A stretch of DNA of 63,140 nt, from contig CBDESZ010000011.1 in assembly GCA_965242725.1 (NCBI GenBank), positions 1 to 63,140 on the forward strand. The letters are read 5' to 3'. The position numbers and the translations under genes are program-made. The first letter of the stretch is position 1. The number at the start of each line of letters is the position of its first letter. Below the pieces are notes generated by a model. That model did not search any database, was not told the DNA's origin, and saw only the letters and a list, made by a program, of their open reading frames with translations. Of this stretch, positions 29,515 through 38,404 are shown in pieces. This stretch comes from Alkalispirochaeta sp. (GTDB taxonomy: Bacteria > Spirochaetota > Spirochaetia > DSM-27196 > Alkalispirochaetaceae).

Positions 29515-30846
29515 ATGGCCTCCATGACCGGACGAATTCTTATAGTTGACGACAATACAAAGCTCTGCGAGACACTCGCCGCCACGATTCGCTTTCGCGG
29601 CTACAAGGCAGACTGGGTCCATACCGTCGAAGACGCAAAGGAAGTGCTGCTTCACACCGAGGTAGATGTGATGCTCCTCGACGTCAGGCTCGGAGATGAG
29701 AGCGGACTGCCCCTTCTCGAGTATTGCACAAAGAGCAAACACGCCGTCAGCGTGGTGATGATCACAGCTTTCGGCACGATTGAGCTCGCTATGGATTCCA
29801 TGCGTAAGGGCGCCTTCGATTTCATTCAGAAGCCGATCAAGACTCCCCAGATGATGGAGGTGATCGAGAGAGCGCTAAAGCGTCGACGGCTGAATGACGT
29901 CTCCCACTCCCGAGGTGAGGGCCCGCTCATCGTCACGCGTAATCACGAAATGCGAAATCTTATCGAAAAGATAGAGGCAATAGCGGCAACCGAACTCCCG
30001 GTACTCATCTGTGGCGAAACGGGCGTCGGTAAAGAGCTCATCGCCGAACATATTCACCGCTCCTCAGCGAGACGAAGCAAAGTCCTCTCCAAAGTCAACT
30101 GCGCGGCGCTCTCGGAAAGCCTGCTCGACAACGAGCTTTTCGGTCACGAGAAGGGAGCGTACACCGGGGCCGATAGACTCTATCAGGGCATATTCGAGCA
30201 GGCCAACGGCTCCACGGTGTTTCTTGATGAGTTGGGTGACATGTCGCTTGCCATTCAGGCCAAAATCCTGCGGACCATACAGAATCGTGAAATCCGTCGG
30301 CTCGGTGGCAACGGCGTCATTCATGTGAACGTTCGTTTCCTCGGAGCAACGAACAAGAGCCTTGAGCAACTTATGGAGAGTGGAGAGTTTCGCCGGGACC
30401 TCTACTTTCGGCTTAGCGCCGGGATGTTCAATATTCCCTCCCTCCGCGAGCGCAGGGAAGACATCGCGCCTCTCGCTCAGTCGTTTGTGGATTCCTATAA
30501 CCGGGCAAACGATACGGAGTTTGTGCTCGGGGATAGCATAAAGGCGTTCTTCCAGACGTATCACTGGCCCGGAAACGTCCGGGAGCTGCAAAATGTAGTG
30601 AGCTTCGCGTGCGCTCTCTCCCGGACGCAAGAACTCGAGCCGCGAGACCTTCCTCCCTATCTCCACAAAAGCGGCAGGGGCAATACTTCTCTTCTGGAAA
30701 AGAGCGAACGGCAGACGATAGCGGCGACCTTGCGCGAGTACAACTACAATAAGGCTAAAGCTGCCAAGGCGCTTGGTATTAGCAGAACCACGCTCTACGC
30801 CAAGATGGAAAAGTATGGAATCGTCATCAAAGCTCGGCTTGAGTGA
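29515..30846 (+). CDS. Sigma-54-dependent response regulator (NtrC/AtoC family)
   Basis: Receiver (ILIVDD, LLD, QKP), GETGVGKE, ELFGHEKGAYTGA, WPGNVREL, Fis-type HTH LGISRTTLY. Confidence 0.96.
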   Translation: MASMTGRILIVDDNTKLCETLAATIRFRGYKADWVHTVEDAKEVLLHTEVDVMLLDVRLGDESGLPLLEYCTKSKHAVSVVMITAFGTIELAMDSMRKGAFDFIQKPIKTPQMMEVIERALKRRRLNDVSHSRGEGPLIVTRNHEMRNLIEKIEAIAATELPVLICGETGVGKELIAEHIHRSSARRSKVLSKVNCAALSESLLDNELFGHEKGAYTGADRLYQGIFEQANGSTVFLDELGDMSLAIQAKILRTIQNREIRRLGGNGVIHVNVRFLGATNKSLEQLMESGEFRRDLYFRLSAGMFNIPSLRERREDIAPLAQSFVDSYNRANDTEFVLGDSIKAFFQTYHWPGNVRELQNVVSFACALSRTQELEPRDLPPYLHKSGRGNTSLLEKSERQTIAATLREYNYNKAKAAKALGISRTTLYAKMEKYGIVIKARLE

Positions 30847-32677
30847 AAACTCGTTGCTCGCCGTTGAGGATGTCTCCTTGATCTTCAACGCCCGGGCGGG
30901 GCTGCACCATGTGGACCTGCACCTTGAAAGAGGCCGGATCTACGCGCTCTTCGGGGAGCACGGATCGGGCAAGACCACCCTGTGTGAGGTGCTCGCCGGC
31001 CTTGCGCAACCACAATCGGGGTCGGTTCGAATACACGGGAAGCCGACCCAGGGCTACACCTACGCCCGCGCTACCACGGCGGGTGTGCTGTTTGTTGATC
31101 AGGACGTGCTCCTCAACGAGAACATCACCGTCAACGATTTCTTCAACCTTCAGAATGCAGGTTACTTTCGTCACTTGTTCAGTTATCGCGGGCGGAACGC
31201 CAGGAAGGTAGGCAGGTTTCTCGACGATTACGGAATCGATATCTCTCCCACTGCTCTCATACGCAAGCTACCGATTCAGCAGCGCGTGCTCATATCCATC
31301 TTCCAGCGAATCTATCATGAACCGCTTGTGCTGATTCTGGATGAGAGCATCGACAAGCTTACCCTCGACAACAAGCGACTCGTCTATCGCGCGCTCCTGC
31401 GACTCCGGAAAGAGGGAAAGGCGGTCCTGCTGGCGACCCACGACACCCGGGATGTGTATGGTCTTGCCGATACCGTAGTCATCATGCGGGCCGGGGAAAT
31501 TGTCCTGCGCGAGTCGGTGAACCACATAGACGAGCTGAGTATCATTCGGATCGCCTATACCCAGGCCATGCAGGATAGCCGCGCCGGACGCTCAAACGCC
31601 GATTTCTACAGCCTGCTCAAGTTCAACCAGGCGATTCTCGAGCGCCTGCCGGTGGGGCTACTCATCCTCGACTACCGGGGTGTAGTTAAAAACGCCAACG
31701 CATCGTGTGAGCAGTTCTTTGGGGAGGACTCACTCAACGATAGAACCGTGGACGACCTCTTTGCCGGCAATCCGGCACTTCTCGACCGCCTTCGGAAGGG
31801 ATTTGAAAGTCGCACCGGCGTCTCTCTCATTGGCGTAACCTTTCAGATGGGAAGCGGCTACCTGACCCTCAACGTCGTCACCTACCCGGTGGTAGATGGA
31901 GATCACCTGCTCGGGCACGTCCTGATCCTCAGTGACGTCACCGAGCAGGAATTCCTCCGACAGAAGATCATCGTTTCAGAAAAGATGGCCGGCGTCGGGC
32001 TCCTTGCCGCCGGTGTCGCCCACGAGATTAACAATCCTCTGGAGGTTGTCATGAGCAGCTTGGACGCGATTAGACTCACCTCCTCGGAGGAGGACAAAGC
32101 CAAGTACCTTTCCTATATAGAGGAAGAGATTGACCGGATATCCAGGATCGTCGCCAATCTGGTCTCCTATGGCCGTACGGAACGCGACAATGGTGCCGTT
32201 GACACGATTTCCGTTGTACGGGAGGTCATCGCTTTGGTCGAACCCTACGCCCAGGCGCACTCAACGGAAGTCACGGTGGAGCTCCCGGATACCCCCCTTC
32301 CCCTCGTCGCCGTTAACGCTGCGGAGCTCAAGCAGGTTCTGCTTAACGTCCTCAAGAACTCCGTTCACGCCATCACCCATGAGAGGGGTCACATCCGAGT
32401 AATAGTCGCCCCCTCGAATGGACTTGATCGTATCCAAATCACTGTCGACGATAACGGGACGGGCATCGCTGAGGAGGCGCTGCAACAAGTTTTCATGCCC
32501 TTCTACAGCGCCGGACCACATGGCGGGTCGGGACTCGGCCTCTATATCTGTTACCAGATTCTCGAGAAACACGGCGGCTCGATCGAGTTCGTGAATAAGC
32601 GTTTGGGAGCGCGGTGCGTCATCGAGTTGCCCGCGGCGACTCTCACGGCGCGCCATGACAACTCATCCTCTATGTGA
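30839..32677 (+). CDS. Hybrid ABC-ATPase / PAS / sensor histidine kinase
   Basis: Walker A GEHGSGKTT, Walker B LILDE, LATH; PAS-like ILERLPVGLLILD..NAN; HisKA AAGVAHEINNPL; HATPase LLNVLKNS, DNGTGI, GSGLGL. TTG start assumed (ORF opens at 30773). Confidence 0.88.
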   Translation: MSENSLLAVEDVSLIFNARAGLHHVDLHLERGRIYALFGEHGSGKTTLCEVLAGLAQPQSGSVRIHGKPTQGYTYARATTAGVLFVDQDVLLNENITVNDFFNLQNAGYFRHLFSYRGRNARKVGRFLDDYGIDISPTALIRKLPIQQRVLISIFQRIYHEPLVLILDESIDKLTLDNKRLVYRALLRLRKEGKAVLLATHDTRDVYGLADTVVIMRAGEIVLRESVNHIDELSIIRIAYTQAMQDSRAGRSNADFYSLLKFNQAILERLPVGLLILDYRGVVKNANASCEQFFGEDSLNDRTVDDLFAGNPALLDRLRKGFESRTGVSLIGVTFQMGSGYLTLNVVTYPVVDGDHLLGHVLILSDVTEQEFLRQKIIVSEKMAGVGLLAAGVAHEINNPLEVVMSSLDAIRLTSSEEDKAKYLSYIEEEIDRISRIVANLVSYGRTERDNGAVDTISVVREVIALVEPYAQAHSTEVTVELPDTPLPLVAVNAAELKQVLLNVLKNSVHAITHERGHIRVIVAPSNGLDRIQITVDDNGTGIAEEALQQVFMPFYSAGPHGGSGLGLYICYQILEKHGGSIEFVNKRLGARCVIELPAATLTARHDNSSSM

Positions 32678-32723
32678 GAACATAGCGGACTGGACGGTGC
32701 ACCCTGACGGACCGTTCGGACGC

Positions 32724-34463
32724 CTACCGTAACCGCCCCTCCAGGGAGTACTCCGCCGCGGAATCATGGAGATACAGCGGCCGTACCTGGATAAAGTATT
32801 CTCCCGGTTCAAGATATTCTTCGATCTTGGCGTTCATGCCGTACCCGTCATCATCGCTGGAACGGATTTCCATCATGGACGCGTCGAAAAGCGTCATATA
32901 GGTGTCCACGTCCCCATAGGTTTCCACCGTCACCAGCTGACGCGCCGGTACATCGACCGTCTCGCCCGCGGGACCGGGAACCATGACGTGCGCCCAGTCG
33001 ACGTCGGACTCCGACGAGAAGGTATGCCGCTGGGGAGGATCGTTGAACGTCAACGGTGATGCGGTTTCGGCGGTGTTGTCCGGTTCGAAATCATCGTGCT
33101 GCAGCACAATCTGCTGGAGATGCAATGCGTAATCCCCCTCGGACCCGCCTCCGAAGCTGCCGACCTTGAGAAATCCGCCGGCCCCGTCGAGGGTGACTAC
33201 CAGTCTGGCGTTCCCTCCTTCGCCGCCGTCGTCGTTGTAGGCGATCTCCGTTCCCGCATCATCATAGAGGGTCATCGTCGTATCGAGATTCCCCGTCGTG
33301 TAGGCGACCACGGCACCGGTTTCGGCGGCATCGGCGGCATCGTCGCCGTCGCTCGGGGGAGAAAGTTCGGCGATCAATTCGGCGGAAATTCGATACCAGT
33401 CGCTGTCGCCGTTCGGTCGAATACTCCCGTATATCGGAAAGGAGTCGCCTGTAAGGAGCGTCGCGGTGTATCGGTCGTTATTGGGTTCCATGGAATCGAC
33501 GGCCAATCGGGAACGCTGGATGTACAGTTCGTAGGAACCCCGGGTGGAGGAGGAAAAGCCGCGGACCTTCACCCAATACCGTCCGCCGGCGGTGACGGGA
33601 ATGGAAACCGAGGCGTTCATGCTGTCTGCGTCGTCATTTTCGGTGATGAGGAGCCCTGGATCGTCCGGTCCGTATACCTCGATGTACGTATCGGTCGAAC
33701 CGGCGGTATAGATCCGCACCGCATCGATCATCTCACCGTCGCCACCGGAGATGACCGGCGCTCCACCGGCAGCTTCCGCCAGGAAGGTGAACCAGTCCTC
33801 GTCACCGTCGGTCTCGAAGGACAAGTTCTGATGATGCGAGTCCAGCGCCACTGCCCGCGCCTGGGACGCCGTATTCGGTACATCACCGTCGCCATCAAAG
33901 GCGGCGCCCCCGGACTGGACGGCGACCGCGGCGGATTGCCGAAGCGCGCCCGTCACATCGGTGGTCAACGGTGCCGAGACGCGCCCACCGACGAGAATAC
34001 GCCCTGCGCCGTCGTGGATCTGCAGGGAAAACAACACCCTTTCCGCACCGAAACCGGCGCGGACCCGTACCGTCAGGAGGGAGTTGGCGGCCGCGCCTAT
34101 TTCGCCCTGTCCGATATTCCCGATGGAAGCACGGTCGCTCAGAACCGCCACGTCCACCCGACTGCGCAATGATTCGGCGGCAATGAGCAGTTCTTCTTCA
34201 ATAATGCTCTCCATGAGATCGGCGATTCGCGGTGTCGTTCCGTCGACGGAAATTTCACCTACGTGAACGGCGATTCCCCCGGGAGGGAGCGGCTGGTCCA
34301 ATTGGGCCACCGCGTCCGGAAAAAGGCGACCGGCGGTCGCCCCGATATTCTCGACGAAATCGATAACCGGGTCCGCGGTCTCCTGCGCACTCACCGGCGC
34401 GGCGTACACTGCCATCACCAGCAAACCAATAAGGATTTTTCCATGAATAGATGTCGGGTTCAT
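32724..34463 (-). CDS. Secreted protein with three PPC-like (pre-peptidase C-terminal) repeats
   Basis: Signal peptide; repeats of (E)PN....A...D.DW...T.G..DT...LY/F....NDD....NA. Confidence 0.72.
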   Translation of the reverse strand: MNPTSIHGKILIGLLVMAVYAAPVSAQETADPVIDFVENIGATAGRLFPDAVAQLDQPLPPGGIAVHVGEISVDGTTPRIADLMESIIEEELLIAAESLRSRVDVAVLSDRASIGNIGQGEIGAAANSLLTVRVRAGFGAERVLFSLQIHDGAGRILVGGRVSAPLTTDVTGALRQSAAVAVQSGGAAFDGDGDVPNTASQARAVALDSHHQNLSFETDGDEDWFTFLAEAAGGAPVISGGDGEMIDAVRIYTAGSTDTYIEVYGPDDPGLLITENDDADSMNASVSIPVTAGGRYWVKVRGFSSSTRGSYELYIQRSRLAVDSMEPNNDRYTATLLTGDSFPIYGSIRPNGDSDWYRISAELIAELSPPSDGDDAADAAETGAVVAYTTGNLDTTMTLYDDAGTEIAYNDDGGEGGNARLVVTLDGAGGFLKVGSFGGGSEGDYALHLQQIVLQHDDFEPDNTAETASPLTFNDPPQRHTFSSESDVDWAHVMVPGPAGETVDVPARQLVTVETYGDVDTYMTLFDASMMEIRSSDDDGYGMNAKIEEYLEPGEYFIQVRPLYLHDSAAEYSLEGRLR

Positions 34464-34702
34464 GTCATTGAGTATAGACCAAAATGGCTGTTCTTTACCG
34501 ACATATGCGACTGTTACAGGGGGTCATTTTTTACAGCGAATCAAATGTTCTTTTGATATACCCCACTTTGTCTATCACATGCTTATGCTGCATGAGATCC
34601 ATAGACGACCGGAGTCTCGTAGCCTGGCGGCGTATTGAACGCCCCTACCGGAACGGAAGAGCTCTCCGCGATGCATCTTCTTGCGAGGTCATGGTATAGG
34701 TA

Positions 34703-34966
34703 TTACATCCCGTGATACACGTCCTGGCGGTGCCCGATCCGCACCACCATAACTCGTAATTGATCGTCTTCAATGGTATACAACACACGGTAATTACCGA
34801 CTCGAATCCGCCAGATATCCGTAGTTTCGCCTTTGAGTTTCTTCACCCCATTCGGTCGTGGTTCGGTGGCGAGTGCTTCAATTGCCCGGAACACTCGCCT
34901 TCGGTCACGAGTATCGTGTTTACGGAATTCTTTCTCGGCCCGTCGTTCAAAACGAACGTTAAAAAC
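34703..34966 (-). CDS. relE: RelE/ParE family toxin
   Basis: FNVRFERRAEKEF...PRPNGVKKLKG..WRIRVGNYRVLY..VVRIGHRQDVY; first canonical start is only at 34894. Confidence 0.85.
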   Translation of the reverse strand, partial: VFNVRFERRAEKEFRKHDTRDRRRVFRAIEALATEPRPNGVKKLKGETTDIWRIRVGNYRVLYTIEDDQLRVMVVRIGHRQDVYHGM

Positions 34967-35171
34967 CGAGATTTGCCTTCACTTCATCGAGTGAAACGAA
35001 CTCAGGGTCCTTCAGTCGCCGCTCTACCTCGAGGACATCTTCCGCTTCCTCAATCAGATCCGCGATGCGCTCATATGCCTCAATTGTCAGTACTACGTGC
35101 GTCGGGTTCCCCTTCGCGTCGGTGAGAATCTGGCGGTCGTTTATCGATGCATTCGCTTTCGCCTTACCCAT
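34959..35171 (-). CDS. Putative type II antitoxin
   Basis: Small acidic protein (ILTDAKGNPTHVVL.IEAYE..EEAED..VSLDEVK) overlapping the start of the toxin. Confidence 0.75.
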   Translation of the reverse strand: MGKAKANASINDRQILTDAKGNPTHVVLTIEAYERIADLIEEAEDVLEVERRLKDPEFVSLDEVKANLGF

Positions 35172-35301
35172 TAGTATGAGTATACTCTCCCTTCCGCTTC
35201 CCATGAACTGTTCTCCGATATCTTTGTCGTGAAGGCGAATAAGAGTCAATTTCACCGCTGCCTTCCCGACCTGTTGTTCCTTCGCCGTCCGCTCCGGGCG
35301 G

Positions 35302-36837
35302 TTACACGCCTGCCGCCGCCAGCGCCGCGTTTATACCGTCCACTGCAGAGCTCATGATTCCTCCCGCGGCGCCGCTGCCCTCACCGGCGATCCAGACTCC
35401 CGGAATGGAAGCGACCTCGCCGGAGGCTTCCCGGACGACCCGCACCGCAGCGGAGGTGGTTGTCTCCATTCCCAGGATCAGTCCCGTCTCATAGCCGCGC
35501 AGTTTGCGTGAGAACTCGGAGAGTCCCTCGGAAAGCGCCTGCAACAGCCACTGAGGGTACAGAAGGCGGTAGTCGCTGGGGACCACCTCGAAGGGGTGGC
35601 TGGAACGAGGCAGCGTATCGGGAATCGCGCCGGTCCCGAGGCAGGAAGGAAGCGTCGCCGGCACCCGATGGGTGCCCACCAGATCACACGCGCGAGCTTC
35701 CAGCTCTTCCAGGCGCCCAAGTACTTCAAGAGGGGTGCGCGCCTCCGGAAAGATCTCCTCCGGTTGAAGAGCGGCCACCACTGCGGCATTTGACCACCCT
35801 CCGTCCCGGCGGTAGTTGGATACACCATTTACCATATTGAGCCCGGGACGCCAGGCGGCGGGGATCACCGAGCCGCCGGGACACATACAGAACGAGTAGA
35901 CACCCCGTCCTGTCGACGTTTTGGCGGTAAGGCGGTACTCCGCCGCTTTCAGGCCGGGGATCTCGCTGCGGCCCCACTGGGCCGTATTGATCACCTCCCG
36001 GGGGTGCTCCACCCGCACACCGAGGGCAAATCCTTTCGTTTCAAGGAGTGCACCCTGGGCGGCGAGGCTGCGCAACAGGGGCAGGGCGCTGTGCCCCGGA
36101 GCGAGAATGGTTCGTTCCGCCGGAACCTCGCCGTCCCCGAACCGGACTCCCACGCACCTGCGATTCCGTATGATGAGCTCCCTGACCTCCGTGTGGAAAC
36201 GGATTTCCACACCCCGCGACTGGAGATCCTTCCGGGCGGCAATCACGAGATGGTAGAGGTTGTCACTGCCGATGTGGGGATGGGCAAGCCACTGGATCTC
36301 CGGCGGAGCTCCATACTGCACGTACCGCGCCGTGACATACTCCCGCTCCCGGGAGATCTGTTTGGACCGGCTGGTAAGCTTGCCGTCGGAGAAGGTACCC
36401 GCCCCGCCCTCTCCAAATGCGTAATTGGATCGGGGAGCGAGGGGACCACCGGTCTCAAAGTTCGCGATATCCCGCTTTCGCTCTTCCACCGGTGGACCCT
36501 GTTCCAGAAGTGTAACCCTCCAGCCCGCCCGGTTGAGGATGTCCGCGGCAAAAAAACCCGCGGGACCGGAACCGACCACGACCGCCCGTCCCGCGTCGCC
36601 TTTTCGGACGACCGGCAGCACCCGTTCCGGTTCCAGAGGCGCCGGCGGTGTTCCAAGGGCGATCCGATAGTTCCAGCGGATATCGGGCTTGTATCGTGCG
36701 TCCAGGCTCTGCCGGATGATGCGAAACGGTCCGCCGCCGCCGCTTTTCCGGGCGACCGCCCGCTTTAATTCTTCCGGGGATGCCTCTGCCGGGAGGGTAA
36801 TTTCGATTTGGCTCCCGATGGAGCTGATTCTTTTCAT
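35302..36837 (-). CDS. Uncharacterised FAD-dependent dehydrogenase (COG2509-like)
   Basis: VVGSGPAG, FGEGGAGTFSDGKL, PHIGSD, GVRVEHP, SFCMCPGG, GEGSG.AGGIMSSAVDG. Confidence 0.9.
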   Translation of the reverse strand: MKRISSIGSQIEITLPAEASPEELKRAVARKSGGGGPFRIIRQSLDARYKPDIRWNYRIALGTPPAPLEPERVLPVVRKGDAGRAVVVGSGPAGFFAADILNRAGWRVTLLEQGPPVEERKRDIANFETGGPLAPRSNYAFGEGGAGTFSDGKLTSRSKQISREREYVTARYVQYGAPPEIQWLAHPHIGSDNLYHLVIAARKDLQSRGVEIRFHTEVRELIIRNRRCVGVRFGDGEVPAERTILAPGHSALPLLRSLAAQGALLETKGFALGVRVEHPREVINTAQWGRSEIPGLKAAEYRLTAKTSTGRGVYSFCMCPGGSVIPAAWRPGLNMVNGVSNYRRDGGWSNAAVVAALQPEEIFPEARTPLEVLGRLEELEARACDLVGTHRVPATLPSCLGTGAIPDTLPRSSHPFEVVPSDYRLLYPQWLLQALSEGLSEFSRKLRGYETGLILGMETTTSAAVRVVREASGEVASIPGVWIAGEGSGAAGGIMSSAVDGINAALAAAGV

Positions 36838-36969
36838 GGTGTCGAGAAGGGAATCTCGATACCTCCTTTTGCCTCGTCTTATACGACGAAAAAGCATCGT
36901 TGGATAGTATCCCGTCGCGTCGCCGCTGTTGTTATGCCGCGTTCCTTCGCAGTTATTCAATAGCTTCAT

Positions 36970-37172
36970 CAGTGGACGGTTGATGCAGATAGTTTTCTTC
37001 CAAGACGTCGGAAACGCGGATTCACGGGGACCGGGTGGTACCGAAAGGAACGGCGATGCACATCGTGGGGAGGACGCCTCAGGAGCTTCACTCCAACAAT
37101 AGGACCAGGGTAGCGGATTGAGGCCCAGTCTAATTCACCGCTAAACCTATATTGACAAAGGGGGCCACTTCA
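36970..37172 (+). mobile_element. Possible degraded IS3-family right end
   Basis: Fragments WYRKERRCTS and GRTPQELH resemble an IS3 transposase C-terminus; the end ...TTGACAAAGGGGGCCACTTCA resembles an IS3 IRR ending in CA. Confidence 0.35.
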
Positions 37173-37253
37173 ACGGTACGAGCCGGTCAGGCGGGCGCTG
37201 TTAGCGTGTTTGGCGGTGCTTTGTGACAGCCTCATTATACGGCGGCGTTGCCA

Positions 37254-38186
37254 CTATGTGATAAGACCGATTACCGCAGGAAGAACTATTAAACCTGGGA
37301 TGATGAACAATATTAAACGCGCCCACCCGCGCCAGAAATGTATTCTCCAACGTGACTTACCGTACTCGATCTCCGTTTTAGGAGACACCATCGATATGAA
37401 CGCAAGCAGAATCAAAGTGAGTCTGACCAAGGCCAGTGTTCGCAACGATGCATTCTCTCCGTCATCCGAAGTGTCGGCGTCATATCTAGCATGTAGGCGA
37501 GCCATTAAGACAATCAACTGACGTGAGTCAGAGTCCGTGATCTCATCCTGCGAGAGAATAGAACGCATGTCTTCCCGGATTAGTGCACGATCACCCCCTC
37601 CATCGACCAATTCGAGTGTCATCAAAAGAACGGTCGGAATCATGAAAGCTGCATAAAACCAATAACGAAGTCGCTGCCATCCGCTAACCAACAGCGACTC
37701 TCGATACTCACCGATCCACGAGTTGATTTTGTCCATACAGAATCGCTTTTCGTCTTCGCCCACGCCGTAGAAGTCGATTTTGAGTCCACCACCGCGATAG
37801 GAATAGAACGCAACCGTAACACTCGTACTTCGAAACGAAGCAGTACATGACAATGACTCCGCCTTCGAATCTTGAAGAGACAAATCTGACAATACTTCGC
37901 TAAGTGTTGCGCCTGTGATCTTCTTGCCGCCGGAAAGGTTGAGGATGCTTTCAAGTTGGTATCGCTCGCGTTCTTCCTTCAAGCCAGCTGAGATGTGCGC
38001 TTCGATTTCATCCTGCTCGTCGTTGTAGCGTTGCCAATAGTCTGCGAGCTCGACGCGTCGTTTCTCGTGCTCCTTGTCCCCAATTGTCTCAAATATCGCT
38101 GCCATTATCTCGTCGAGCACACGAGCCGAGCCTCTTGTTACGTAAAAGGGGCCATATTCATGATAATGGTTTGGCGTCTGAATCAT
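37254..38186 (-). CDS. Hypothetical membrane protein (lower GC, three C-terminal TM segments)
   Basis: 310 aa ORF with hydrophobic helices in the C-terminal half; no recognisable motif. Confidence 0.65.
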   Translation of the reverse strand: MIQTPNHYHEYGPFYVTRGSARVLDEIMAAIFETIGDKEHEKRRVELADYWQRYNDEQDEIEAHISAGLKEERERYQLESILNLSGGKKITGATLSEVLSDLSLQDSKAESLSCTASFRSTSVTVAFYSYRGGGLKIDFYGVGEDEKRFCMDKINSWIGEYRESLLVSGWQRLRYWFYAAFMIPTVLLMTLELVDGGGDRALIREDMRSILSQDEITDSDSRQLIVLMARLHARYDADTSDDGENASLRTLALVRLTLILLAFISMVSPKTEIEYGKSRWRIHFWRGWARLILFIIPGLIVLPAVIGLIT

Positions 38187-38236
38187 AAGGACAACATGTT
38201 ACTACGAAACAGAAGGTGACGCACGGGGTAGTCGCC

Positions 38237-38395
38237 GTCTAACGATGAGTTCTCCCGCCGACTCCGGCCCGGAGTGAAGCGGTGGGATTGGGGTGTTGAT
38301 TGCACGAGTCAGAACTCCGGATTCTGGATCAAACATCCCGAATTTCTGCAATCAAACGTGATAAAGGAACGTACGGTGAAACGACCGCATTATAT
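38237..38395 (-). repeat. attC-like imperfect hairpin between two accessory genes
   Basis: Minus strand ends in GTTAGAC (GTTRRRY); internal IR TTGATTGCA 38296-38304 / TGCAATCAA 38347-38355; inverse core degenerate (ATATAAT). Confidence 0.35.
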
Positions 38396-38404
38396 GGATG
38401 GTTT

